In this document: positions 25,801-35,600 of the stretch, piece by piece | Numbering within the stretch: position 1 is the stretch's first letter | Layout of the letters: the number at the start of each line of letters is the position of its first letter | Assembly: GCA_040954595.2 (NCBI GenBank) | Contig: CM082591.2 | Coordinates: forward strand, 7,678,047-7,742,046 | Length of the DNA: 64,000 bases | Source: Balanoglossus misakiensis | Taxonomy: Eukaryota > Animalia > Hemichordata | Direction: 5' to 3' | The notes under the pieces: generated by a model | Seen by the model: the letters and a program-made list of their open reading frames with translations, nothing else | The model's database searches: none | What the model was told of the DNA's origin: nothing | Made by a program: the position numbers and the translations under genes

Positions 25801-27697
25801 CTGGTATACGGTATATGTGGTGGTCGTACTTGCGTGGTGTATGTATATACAAATTAATAAACATGCATGTAATGTATTAAAGCAAGTCTTTTAGTTTGCT
25901 GCAAAATCCTGATCTCTTCACAAATCACAGTCTTTGATGTGAAGATGCAACATCAGGGTTTAGTTGGAGTGAATGTTTGAATGAATATTCCAATATGGAA
26001 AATATGAAAATAGGCATAAAATGAAAATTACAAAAGAAAAACTATTTTCATCTTTTTGGTACCAGAAATAAAGACATATAACATGTTATTGATCTCTCTT
26101 GCTTACAGAAAGTTTATTTGTCTAAATGACAATATAGAACATAACAAGAAAGCTGCCGAAACAGTCAAAGCTGTTCTCCACGATTTTTATGAATCATTAT
26201 TTCCAATCCAGTCACAGTTTGAGCTTCCAAGAGAATACAGAAACAGATTCCTTACAATGGATGAACTTAATGAATGGTAAGTTTACACTCTAACCTTTGA
26301 CCCTGCATTACTACCAGTATGTGCTAAACACATTTTCAAAAAAAGAAATTCATTCATGACTGTAATGTCCCCACCCAATTGAAGATGTAAGTCTAATTGA
26401 CAATATTGCCTTATCCATAGTTAATATTCCATGAAACTTTAAAGGGACAAAGTCTCTCTTTCGCTGCCCATTTTCATTAATTATGTTTGGCGGTTTTTGT
26501 TATTCTACATTTGGAAATATAGAGAATCAATATTCCCCCACACAACTACTTTCCCGCTTGTAGATATGAGAGTAAAAAACTTGCATTGAGTGCAGTTTAT
26601 GCAAGGTCAATTGGTATGCAAGGGGCAGAGTTTTCACAGAACAAGAAAAAATACATCTACTATCTGATACAGTGTACTACAGATCTGTATATTAGAGGTA
26701 CACAGTCACCTCCAATATACATTATGGCAAAATGGCATGTCTGAGTTTTCTAAAGAACATATGGTGGCACTCTTTATTTTTGCATGTGTCATGGAATGAA
26801 AATCTGTGATTGGCTACTTCTCAGTTTGCCATGGTGACCGTAGCTAAATTTCCATAGCTGACTGTATTACCTTTAACACATCACATTCAAAGACTAGAGA
26901 TGAGAATATACATATTTACTGTGTACATTTATTGTTATGATGTCTTGTTTGTTGCAGGAGACGTTATCGGGATTGGTTGAGATTCTGGACACATCTGTCA
27001 ATTGCTTGCCTTATTATTTTTTCACTTGCTTCATTTTGTTCACACCAGGTGAGTTGTTCAGAGGGGAATGCCATTCTCTATTTTAGAGTTAATAATTGAA
27101 AAATGTGGTTCAAAAGTTGTATGAGAAAACACCAGTTTTCCCCAACTTTCATTTATGCACAGCATTTGAGAGCTATTGCATCATCTCCGAGTACATGACG
27201 TCAAAACAAGGTCAGTAGGTCACAGAGTATAAAGTCTTATGTATCATCATTATAGGTTCGACAGCCACATTATTCTATAAGGTAAGTTTTACACGCAAAT
27301 TGTGTCATACATAGAACAAACCAGACGAACTCGAGCAATACTCTGTGACCTATTTGCCTCGTTTTCACTCCATCTCCTTGGAGATGATGCAATGTTTTGG
27401 AAGGGTGCCCTCTTTATGCAAAAAGACGTATTGCCATGACATTTCATTGGTACGTTTTATATTAGTGATTGTTTGTTGTTCAGATTGACCTCTCATCTCT
27501 CCCCATTCTACACCACCTTCTTTAACTTGAATATACAATTTACAATTTCTGTTTTGGATTTTAATATGAAGAAATCATTAATATGGTGTGTATTTGTATT
27601 TTTGTTTCAGCTCATGGTTTTAAAGAGAAAATGTTGTCCTGAAAGAAGGCCGAATATTCGAAGAAATTCACAAACAGAGCAGATGTCACAAGTATGA
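4689..27697 (+). CDS. GNPTAB: N-acetylglucosamine-1-phosphotransferase subunits alpha/beta precursor (Stealth family), whole gene span, 27 coding exons, about 1422 aa
   Basis: Spliced translation follows vertebrate GNPTAB along its length: [27 protein letters not shown] (Stealth CR1), [14 protein letters not shown]...[10 protein letters not shown] (CR2), two LNR repeats, DMAP-binding-like [18 protein letters not shown] (CR3), EF-hand, KFICLNDNI (CR4), C-terminal TM. Exon lengths sum to 4269 nt with all phases compatible. Confidence 0.97.
5569..5654 (+). CDS. GNPTAB: GNPTAB exon 2
   Basis: ttgtag acceptor, [29 protein letters not shown], donor GTAAGT. Confidence 0.93.
5822..6124. mobile_element. 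TTAA-flanked, Kolobok-like MITE family C (partial copies at about 1241-1458 and 26443-26585)
   Basis: TTAA-agggtcaaagtctct...agagactttatctct-TTAA. Confidence 0.72.
6242..6406 (+). CDS. GNPTAB: GNPTAB exon 3 (Stealth CR1)
   Basis: [19 protein letters not shown]; tttcag / GTAAGT. Confidence 0.95.
6665..6831. mobile_element. Tc1/mariner (pogo/Tigger-like) MITE
   Basis: TA-cagtcgaacctgt...acaggtttgactg-TA; related fragments at about 13485-13620 and 15872-16047. Confidence 0.75.
7049..7248 (+). CDS. GNPTAB: GNPTAB exon 4
   Basis: [18 protein letters not shown]...; polypyrimidine-ccctag / GTATGT; phase fits. Confidence 0.88.
7427..7850. repeat. Long-hairpin element with the same architecture but different sequence
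   Basis: About 150-bp imperfect palindrome centred on gaaccgaaggtgag, then a ccaatc motif and tctcacac/gtgtgaga subrepeats. Confidence 0.62.
8130..8197 (+). CDS. GNPTAB: GNPTAB exon 5
   Basis: [23 protein letters not shown]; ttgcag / GTAAGT; restores phase 1 to 0. Confidence 0.82.
8444..8809 (+). mobile_element. tRNA-derived SINE
   Basis: Box A tagtccagtggctagagc, box B gagttcaagcc, central gttgtgtccttgagca...aatgggtacc, tail gtaaag...ctataag-(att)n; second copy on the - strand. Confidence 0.78.
8848..8979 (+). CDS. GNPTAB: GNPTAB exon 6
   Basis: [10 protein letters not shown]...DAVEN; tttcag / GTAAGC. Confidence 0.85.
9224..9495. mobile_element. TA-flanked MITE family E (copies at about 12258-12543, 27145-27428 inverted, partial 17100-17200)
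   Basis: TIR cgtctttttgcataaagagggcg; shared body with aggtcacagag. Confidence 0.75.
9621..9698 (+). CDS. GNPTAB: GNPTAB exon 7
   Basis: [26 protein letters not shown]; tttcag / GTTAGT. Confidence 0.82.
10209..10280 (+). CDS. GNPTAB: GNPTAB exon 8
   Basis: [24 protein letters not shown]; ttacag / GTAAGT. Confidence 0.8.
10678..10728 (+). CDS. GNPTAB: GNPTAB exon 9
   Basis: [17 protein letters not shown]; tttcag / GTAATT. Confidence 0.92.
11422..11553 (+). CDS. GNPTAB: GNPTAB exon 10 (Stealth CR2)
   Basis: [44 protein letters not shown]. Confidence 0.96.
12066..12236 (+). CDS. GNPTAB: GNPTAB exon 11 (Stealth CR2; followed by a GC donor)
   Basis: [57 protein letters not shown], donor AAG/GCAAGT. 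Confidence 0.95.
12792..12915 (+). CDS. GNPTAB: GNPTAB exon 12 (LNR/Notch repeat 1)
   Basis: [40 protein letters not shown]. Confidence 0.96.
13904..13954 (+). CDS. GNPTAB: GNPTAB exon 13 (Gly-rich linker)
   Basis: [17 protein letters not shown]; tgacag / GTAAGT; phase 1-1. Confidence 0.78.
   Translation, partial: DWPLITSEEAGEGKPH
14458..14513 (+). CDS. GNPTAB: GNPTAB exon 14 (LNR repeat 2, first part)
   Basis: [18 protein letters not shown]. Confidence 0.93.
15062..15176 (+). CDS. GNPTAB: GNPTAB exon 15 (LNR repeat 2, second part)
   Basis: [15 protein letters not shown]...ILPS; tttcag / GTAAGA. Confidence 0.93.
16091..16296 (+). CDS. GNPTAB: GNPTAB exon 16
   Basis: [10 protein letters not shown]...[24 protein letters not shown]...; ttctag / GTGAGT. 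Confidence 0.92.
16876..17063 (+). CDS. GNPTAB: GNPTAB exon 17
   Basis: [10 protein letters not shown]...[11 protein letters not shown]; tttcag / GTAGAT. Confidence 0.88.
17357..17441. mobile_element. Very short (about 85 bp) piggyBac-like MITE (copies at about 8277-8358, 15437-15522, 15776-15860 and 51887-51970)
   Basis: TTAA-ccctttcacc...ggtgaaaggg-TTAA with shared core agaggtccaaccttaccatagaaa. Confidence 0.78.
17562..17692 (+). CDS. GNPTAB: GNPTAB exon 18
   Basis: GPRAKTLSK...[18 protein letters not shown], start of the DMAP-binding-like domain; ttacag / GTAAGT. Confidence 0.88.
18004..18225 (-). mobile_element. tRNA-derived SINE, rearranged partial copy
   Basis: Reverse complement of about 8444-8615, with the gttgtgtccttgag...ctcattgcttctc segment duplicated. 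Confidence 0.72.
18323..19383 (+). CDS. GNPTAB: GNPTAB exon 19 (DMAP-binding-like end and long spacer)
   Basis: [12 protein letters not shown]...SFLPWEKQ; within ORF 18298-19425; cacag / GTAAAC. Confidence 0.93.
18560..18835 (+). repeat. Coding minisatellite in GNPTAB exon 19 (30-bp and 21-bp units)
   Basis: [10 protein letters not shown] / DILQNKQQ-type units, about 10 copies. Confidence 0.9.
19417..19843. mobile_element. TIR element with an apparent 5-bp TSD (TTACA), superfamily unassigned
   Basis: TIR caggggta.gtaagaaa; internal inverted repeat ttgacccc.aaaaatacctagaaaatacaa; TTACA on both flanks. Confidence 0.68.
20035..20303. mobile_element. MITE family B (TTA flanks), copy 1
   Basis: TIR ggccaa..aaaaa.tatgtgctgtt; inverted copy at 22837-23123. 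Confidence 0.78.
20413..20609 (+). CDS. GNPTAB: GNPTAB exon 20 (alpha/beta cleavage site, Stealth CR3)
   Basis: [17 protein letters not shown]...[10 protein letters not shown]. Confidence 0.96.
20622..20829. mobile_element. TA-flanked MITE with ctgtaaaacac termini
   Basis: TA-ctgtaaaacac...gtgttttacag-TA with internal cgcga subrepeats. Confidence 0.7.
21429..21581 (+). CDS. GNPTAB: GNPTAB exon 21
   Basis: [25 protein letters not shown]...DEYDTDHSG (EF-hand start). Confidence 0.96.
21938..22249. repeat. Long-hairpin dispersed repeat (second copy at 1-260, cut by the window edge)
   Basis: About 140-bp imperfect palindrome around gagcgatagcgag, followed by a tail containing ccaatca; near-identical to 1-260. 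Confidence 0.85.
22604..22775 (+). CDS. GNPTAB: GNPTAB exon 22
   Basis: [18 protein letters not shown]...EQYYDKEM. Confidence 0.95.
22837..23123. mobile_element. MITE family B, copy 2 (opposite orientation)
   Basis: Reverse complement of 20035-20303; TTA flanks. Confidence 0.78.
24150..24235 (+). CDS. GNPTAB: GNPTAB exon 23
   Basis: [28 protein letters not shown]; ttacag / GTAAGT. Confidence 0.93.
24339..24522. mobile_element. TTAA-type, Kolobok-like MITE family D (copies at 26696-26872 and partial at about 6422-6510)
   Basis: TIR aggtatacggtcacct / aggtgaccgtatacct; TTAA on the left flank. Confidence 0.75.
25142..25240 (+). CDS. GNPTAB: GNPTAB exon 24
   Basis: [32 protein letters not shown]. 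Confidence 0.96.
25720..25782. repeat. Degenerate (TG)n microsatellite
   Basis: Interrupted tgtgtg runs in GNPTAB intron 24. Confidence 0.7.
26109..26276 (+). CDS. GNPTAB: GNPTAB exon 25 (Stealth CR4)
   Basis: [11 protein letters not shown]...[23 protein letters not shown]. Confidence 0.96.
26958..27048 (+). CDS. GNPTAB: GNPTAB exon 26 (TM2)
   Basis: [30 protein letters not shown]. Confidence 0.94.
27611..27697 (+). CDS. GNPTAB: GNPTAB exon 27 (cytosolic tail, stop)
   Basis: [18 protein letters not shown]...SQV*; tttcag acceptor. Confidence 0.9.
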   Translation, partial: LMVLKRKCCPERRPNIRRNSQTEQMSQV

Positions 27698-28937
27698 CAA
27701 AAAAGTAATTTTTCATGTGCATCATTTATTTTGTGTTTTTTACAGTCTTTATTTTGGACTACAGGAAAAAACTCATCTCAGATATAGTTGTAAATTAAAA
27801 TGGTCATGTAATGGAAAAATTGTTGATAGGACAAGTTGGATATTACATAGTTACCCTGTCTGGTAGTGAACTGCAAATTTCACTCAATTATTATTTGGGT
27901 TTGGAGTAGACAGTATTATATGAAATACTAGTACTTATAAAATAAGGCACTGTGATTTTAAACATTTCAAAGTGTCTTGCCCATTTTCAAGAATACTGCC
28001 ATGTTGTTTGACTCTATGAGTCGCAGTATGTGGAAATTTCTCTATTCATTTCAGTTGTAATGGAATTTTACAGAAAAATACTGTCATGGCAACTAGTGTA
28101 TTTATTTTGAGTATTGAATGAATGCGATTCAAATGTAACAGTGAAACCAGTTTCAGTTTTAGAATGAATTTTATTCAAGCTCCACTAACTGACTATTCGC
28201 TCTGTTTTCAGTATTTTTGTTTTGTGTATCTTCTTTTTCAAATTCTTGATATACATGTATGATGAAATAGCCTGTATTTAGCCTATCAACACAACATGTG
28301 TGTATAGTCAGTATTGTTATTGTGCAAAATTTGAAATCAAGTCCGGACTAGAATTCATTTATCAACAATGTCAGTGGATGTTACACACATACAGGATATG
28401 TCGACAAGCAGAGTACTGTGTATATTAATATGCTGTTTGGAGTAGAACAAGAAATTGAATTTGATACACAGAACAAAAAATCTGGAAATAATGTTCATTT
28501 CAAATCCAACAGTAAAAGCAGTTTCAGGTTTGATTGAGATGAGATAGAAATTGCAAATACCATTTATGATGGTGATTGACAGTTTATTTACCTACAAGAG
28601 GAGATTGAATCCTGTCTGATATTTCTAAATGTTAACACAAGTTCTCCTGTTTTTGTTCAGGTGAATGACTAGACGTTTGCAGACTTTACAGGCCGAGATC
28701 AAAGTGAGAACTGAACTGCCACCAATGTCAACATTCCATGGAATTGCATGACGTGCCATAAAACTGTTTTCATACAGAAGATTTCCTCTTTGAAAATTCA
28801 AATGACCTGTTGTTATGGTTACCAGAACTCAGAGGTCGCGCTAGGATTTGTGACTGCACATATTTTTGATGTGTCCATAGAAACAGTCGCGTCAAAATAA
28901 CGTGTCAATTTGAGGTAATGGCCCATTTATTTGAACA

Positions 28938-29448
28938 CTGTGTTTAAAAGTAGCGACATATAGACACACATGGTTCAACCAGCAGACAGTGTCTTTTGCA
29001 ACAAGACAAATGAGGGAGTTCTGAGTGACTAGGATAATTTCACAGATTCATTGTCTGTGTGCACATGCACCTGTCAATCAAACTGGGCCAATTCTAATGA
29101 TATCTCTGTGTTTAAAAGTATAAGCGACATATAGACACACATGGTTCAATCAGCAGACAGTGTCTTTTGCAACAAGACAAATGAGGGAGTTCTGAGTGAC
29201 TAGGATAATTTCACAGATTCATTGTCTGTGTGCACATGCACCTGTCAATCAAACTGGGCCAATTCTAATGATATCTCTGTGTTTAAAAGTATAAGCGACA
29301 TATAGACACACATGGTTCAATCAGCAGACAGTGTCTTTTGCAACAAGACAAATGAGGGAGTTCTGAGTGAATAGGATAATTTCACAGATTCATTGTCTGT
29401 GTGCACATGCACCTGTCAATCAAACTGGGCCAATTCTAATGATATCTC
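28938..29448. repeat. Tandem repeat, about 171-bp unit x3
   Basis: ctgtgtttaaaagt...ctaatgatatct starting at 28938, 29106 and 29277. Confidence 0.93.
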
Positions 29449-29619
29449 ACTCCACATTGGTGATGTATGGTCACTGCATGTGTGTGGCAAGCCGTGAATT
29501 GAACATGTTATGTGGCCAATATGAGCATCAATCTTGACATGTCAACTCATATTTTCACATCCAATGAATATTTTCCATGTAAGATACAAGTGAGTTATGC
29601 CTCAAAGCGACTTCTGCAG

Positions 29620-32600
29620 AATTGTTATACATGGCCCAGCATGTATGAAGCGTAATCAAGGCCAAAATTCAAAACCCCATTTTCAACCCACAACCTCCCA
29701 ATTTTCAACACACGTTCCCCAAATTTCCCCAAATTGTTATACATGGCCCAGCATGTATGAAGCCTAATCAAGGCCAAAATTCAAAACCCAATTTTCAACC
29801 CACAACCTCCCAATTTTCAACACACGTTCCCCAAATTTCCCCAAATTGTTATACATGGCCCAGCATGTATGAAGCGTAATCAAGGCCAAAATTCAAAACC
29901 CCATTTTCAACCCACAACCTCCCAATTTTCAACACACGTTCCCCAAATTTCCCCAAATTGTTATACATGGCCCAGCATGTATGAAGCGTAATCAAGGCCA
30001 AAATTCAAAACCCCATTGTTCCCCAAATTTCCCCAAATTGTTATACATGGCCCAGCATGTATGAAGCGTAATCAAGGCCAAAATTCAAAACCCCATTTTC
30101 AACCCACAACCTCCCAATTTTCAACACACGTTCCCCAAATTTCCCCAAATTGTTATACATGGCCCAGCATGTATGAAGTATAATCAAGGCCAAAATTCAA
30201 AACCCCATTTTCAACCCACAACCTCCCAATTTTCAACACACGTTCCCCAAATTTCCCCAAATTGTTATACATGGCCCAGCATGTATGAAGCGTAATCAAG
30301 GCCAAAATTCAAAACCCCATTTTCAACCCACAACCTCCCAATTTTCAACACACGTTCCCCAAATTTCCCCAAATTGTTATACATGGCCCAGCATGTATGA
30401 CGTGTAATCAAGGCCAAAATTCAAAACCCAATTTTCAACCCACAACCTCCCAATTTTCAACACACGTTCCCCAAATTTCCCCAAATTGTTATACATGGCC
30501 CAGCATGTATGAAGCGTAATCAAGGCCAAAATTCAAAACCCCATTTTCAACCCACAACCTCCCAATTTTCAACACACGTTCCCCAAATTTCCCCAAATTG
30601 TTATACATGGCCCAGCATGTATGAAGCGTAATCAAGGCCAAAATTCAAAACCCCATTTTCAACCCACAACCTCCCAATTTTCAACACACGTTCCCCAAAT
30701 TTCCCCAAATTGTTATACATGGCCCAGCTTGTATGAAGCGTAATCAAGGCCAAAATTCAAAACCCCATTTTCAACCCACAACCTCCCAATTTTCAACACA
30801 CGTTCCCCAAATGTCCCCAAATTGTTATACATGGCCCAGCATGTATGAAGCGTAATCAAGGCCAAAATTCAAAACCCCATTTTCAACCCACAACCTCCCA
30901 ATTTTCAACACACGTTCCCCAAATTTCCCCAAATTGTTATACATGGCCCAGCATGTATGAAGCGTAATCAAGGCCAAAATTCAAAACCCCATTTTCAACC
31001 CACAACCTCCCAATTTTCAACACACGTTCCCCAAATTTCCCCAAATTGTTATACATGGTCCAGCATGTATGAAGCGTAATCAAGGCCAAAATTCAAAACC
31101 CCATTTTCAACCCACAACCTCCCAATTTTCAACACACGTTCCCCAAATTTCCCCAAATTGTTATACATGGCCCAGCATGTATGAAGCGTAATCAAGGCCA
31201 AAATTCAAAACCCCATTGTTCCCCAAATTTCCCCAAATTGTTATACATGGCCCAGCATGTATGAAGCGTAATCAAGGCCAAAATTCAAAACCCCATTTTC
31301 AACCCACAACCTCCCAATTTTCAACACACGTTCCCCAAATTTCCCCAAATTGTTATACATGGCCCAGCATGTATGAAGTATAATCAAGGCCAAAATTCAA
31401 AACCCCATTTTCAACCCACAACCTCCCAATTTTCAACACACGTTCCCCAAATTTCCCCAAATTGTTATACATGGCCCAGCATGTATGAAGCGTAATCAAG
31501 GCCAAAATTCAAAACCCCATTTTCAACCCACAACCTCCCAATTTTCAACACACGTTCCCCAAATTTCCCCAAATTGTTATACATGGCCCAGCATGTATGA
31601 CGTGTAATCAAGGCCAAAATTCAAAACCCAATTTTCAACCCACAACCTCCCAATTTTCAACACACGTTCCCCAAATTTCCCCAAATTGTTATACATGGCC
31701 CAGCATGTATGAAGCGTAATCAAGGCCAAAATTCAAAACCCCATTTTCAACCCACAACCTCCCAATTTTCAACACACGTTCCCCAAATTTCCCCAAATTG
31801 TTATACATGGCCCAGCATGTATGAAGCGTAATCAAGGCCAAAATTCAAAACCCCATTTTCAACCCACAACCTCCCAATTTTCAACACACGTTCCCCAAAT
31901 TTCCCCAAATTGTTATACATGGCCCAGCTTGTATGAAGCGTAATCAAGGCCAAAATTCAAAACCCCATTTTCAACCCACAACCTCCCAATTTTCAACACA
32001 CGTTCCCCAAATGTCCCCAAATTGTTATACATGGCCCAGCATGTATGAAGCGTAATCAAGGCCAAAATTCAAAACCCCATTTTCAACCCACAACCTCCCA
32101 ATTTTCAACACACGTTCCCCAAATTTCCCCAAATTGTTATACATGGCCCAGCATGTATGAAGCGTAATCAAGGCCAAAATTCAAAACCCCATTTTCAACC
32201 CACAACCTCCCAATTTTCAACACACGTTCCCCAAATTTCCCCAAATTGTTATACATGGTCCAGCATGTATGAAGCGTAATCAAGGCCAAAATTCAAAACC
32301 CCATTTTCAACCCACAACCTCCCAATTTTCAACACACGTTCCCCAAATTTCCCCAAATTGTTATACATGGCCCAGCATGTATGAAGCGTAATCAAGGCCA
32401 AAATTCAAAACCCCATTTTCAACCCACAACCTCCCAATTTTCAACACACGTTCCCCAAATTTCCCCAAATTGTTATACATGGCCCAGCATGTATGAAGCG
32501 TAATCAAGGCCAAAATTCAAAACCCAATTTTCAACCCACAACCTCCCAATTTTCAACACACGTTCCCCAAATTTCCCCAAATTGTTATACATGGCCCAGC

Positions 32601-35600
32601 ATGTATGAAGCGTAATCAAGGCCAAAATTCAAAACCCCATTTTCAACCCACAACCTCCCAATTTTCAACACACGTTCCCCAAATTTCCCCAAATTGTTAT
32701 ACATGGCCCAGCATGTATGAAGCGTAATCAAGGCCAAAATTCAAAACCCCATTTTCAACCCACAACCTCCCAATTTTCAACACACGTTCCCCAAATTTCC
32801 CCAAATTGTTATACATGGCCCAGCATGTATGAAGTATAATCAAGGCCAAAATTCAAAACCCCATTTTCAACCCACAACCTCCCAATTTTCAACACACGTT
32901 CCCCAAATTTCCCCAAATTGTTATACATGGCCCAGCATGTATGAAGCGTAATCAAGGCCAAAATTCAAAACCCCATTTTCAACCCACAACCTCCCAATTT
33001 TCAACACACGTTCCCCAAATTGTTATACATGGCCCAGCATGTATGACGTGTAATCAAGGCCAAAATTCAAAACCCAATTTTCAACCCACAACCTCCCAAT
33101 TTTCAACACACGTTCCCCAAATTTCCCCAAATTGTTATACATGGCCCAGCATGTATGAAGCGTAATCAAGGCCAAAATTCAAAACCCCATTTTCAACCCA
33201 CAACCTCCCAATTTTCAACACACGTTCCCCAAATTTCCCCAAATTGTTATACATGGCCCAGCATGTATGAAGCGTAATCAAGGCCAAAATTCAAAACCCC
33301 ATTTTCAACCCACAACCTCCCAATTTTCAACACACGTTCCCCAAATTTCCCCAAATTGTTATACATGGCCCAGCTTGTATGAAGCGTAATCAAGGCCAAA
33401 ATTCAAAACCCCATTTTCAACCCACAACCTCCCAATTTTCAACACACGTTCCCCAAATGTCCCCAAATTGTTATACATGGCCCAGCATGTATGAAGCGTA
33501 ATCAAGGCCAAAATTCAAAACCCCATTTTCAACCCACAACCTCCCAATTTTCAACACACGTTCCCCAAATTTCCCCAAATTGTTATACATGGCCCAGCAT
33601 GTATGAAGCGTAATCAAGGCCAAAATTCAAAACCCCATTTTCAACCCACAACCTCCCAATTTTCAACACACGTTCCCCAAATTTCCCCAAATTGTTATAC
33701 ATGGCCCAGCATGTATGAAGCGTAATCAAGGCCAAAATTCAAAACCCCATTTTCAACCCACAACCTCCCAATTTTCAACACACGTTCCCCAAATTTCCCC
33801 AAATTGTTATACATGGCCCAGCATGTATGAAGCGTAATCAAGGCCAAAATTCAAAACCCCATTTTCAACCCACAACCTCCCAATTTTCAACACACGTTCC
33901 CCAAATGTCCCCAAATTGTTATACATGGCCCAGCATGTATGAAGCGTAATCAAGGCCAAAATTCAAAACCCCATTTTCAACCCACAACCTCCCAATTTTC
34001 AACACACGTTCCCCAAATTTCCCCAAATTGTTATACATGGCCCAGCATGTATGAAGCGTAATCAAGGCCAAAATTCAAAACCCCATTTTCAACCCACAAC
34101 CTCCCAATTTTCAACACACGTTCCCCAAATTTCCCCAAATTGTTATACATGGCCCAGCATGTATGAAGCGTAATCAAGGCCAAAATTCAAAACCCCATTT
34201 TCAACCCACAACCTCCCAATTTTCAACACACGTTCCCCAAATTTCCCCAAATTGTTATACATGGCCCAGCATGTATGAAGCGTAATCAAGGCCAAAATTC
34301 AAAACCCCATTTTCAACCCACAACCTCCCAATTTTCAACACACGTTCCCCAAATTTCCCCAAATTGTTATACATGGCCCAGCATGTATGAAGCGTAATCA
34401 AGGCCAAAATTCAAAACCCAATTTTCAACCCACAACCTCCCAATTTTCAACACACGTTCCCCAAATTTCCCCAAATTGTTATACATGGCCCAGCATGTAT
34501 GAAGCGTAATCAAGGCCAAAATTCAAAACCCCGTTTTCAACCCACAACCTCCCAATTTTCAACACACGTTCCCCAAATTTCCCCAAATTGTTATACATGG
34601 CCCAGCATGTATGAAGCGTAATCAAGGCCAAAATTCAAAACCCCATTTTCAACCCACAACCTCCCAATTTTCAACACACGTTCCCCAAATTTCCCCAAAT
34701 TATTATACATGGCCCAGCATGTATGAAGCGTAATCAAGGCCAAAATTCAAAACCCCATTTTCAACCCACAACCTCCCAATTTTCAACACACGTTCCCCAA
34801 ATTTCCCCAAATTGTTATACATGGCCCAGCATGTATGAAGCGTAATCAAGGCCAAAATTCAAAACCCCATTTTCAACCCACAACCTCCCAATTTTCAACA
34901 CACGTTCCCCAAATTTCCCCAAATTGTTATACATGGCCCAGCATGTATGAAGCGTAATCAAGGCCAAAATTCAAAACCCCATTTTCAACCCACAACCTCC
35001 CAATTTTCAACACACGTTCCCCAAATTTCCCCAAATTGTTATACATGGCCCAGCATGTATGAAGCGTAATCAAGGCCAAAATTCAAAACCCAATTTTCAA
35101 CCCACAACCTCCCAATTTTCAACACACGTTCCCCAAATTTCCCCAAATTGTTATACATGGCCCAGCATGTATGAAGCGTAATCAAGGCCAAAATTCAAAA
35201 CCCCGTTTTCAACCCACAACCTCCCAATTTTCAACACACGTTCCCCAAATTTCCCCAAATTGTTATACATGGCCCAGCATGTATGAAGCGTAATCAAGGC
35301 CAAAATTCAAAACCCCATTTTCAACCCACAACCTCCCAATTTTCAACACACGTTCCCCAAATTTCCCCAAATTATTATACATGGCCCAGCATGTATGAAG
35401 CGTAATCAAGGCCAAAATTCAAAACCCCATTTTCAACCCACAACCTCCCAATTTTCAACACACGTTCCCCAAATTTCCCCAAATTGTTATACATGGCCCA
35501 GCATGTATGAAGCGTAATCAAGGCCAAAATTCAAAACCCCATTTTCAACCCACAACCTCCCAATTTTCAACACACGTTCCCCAAATTTCCCCAAATTGTT

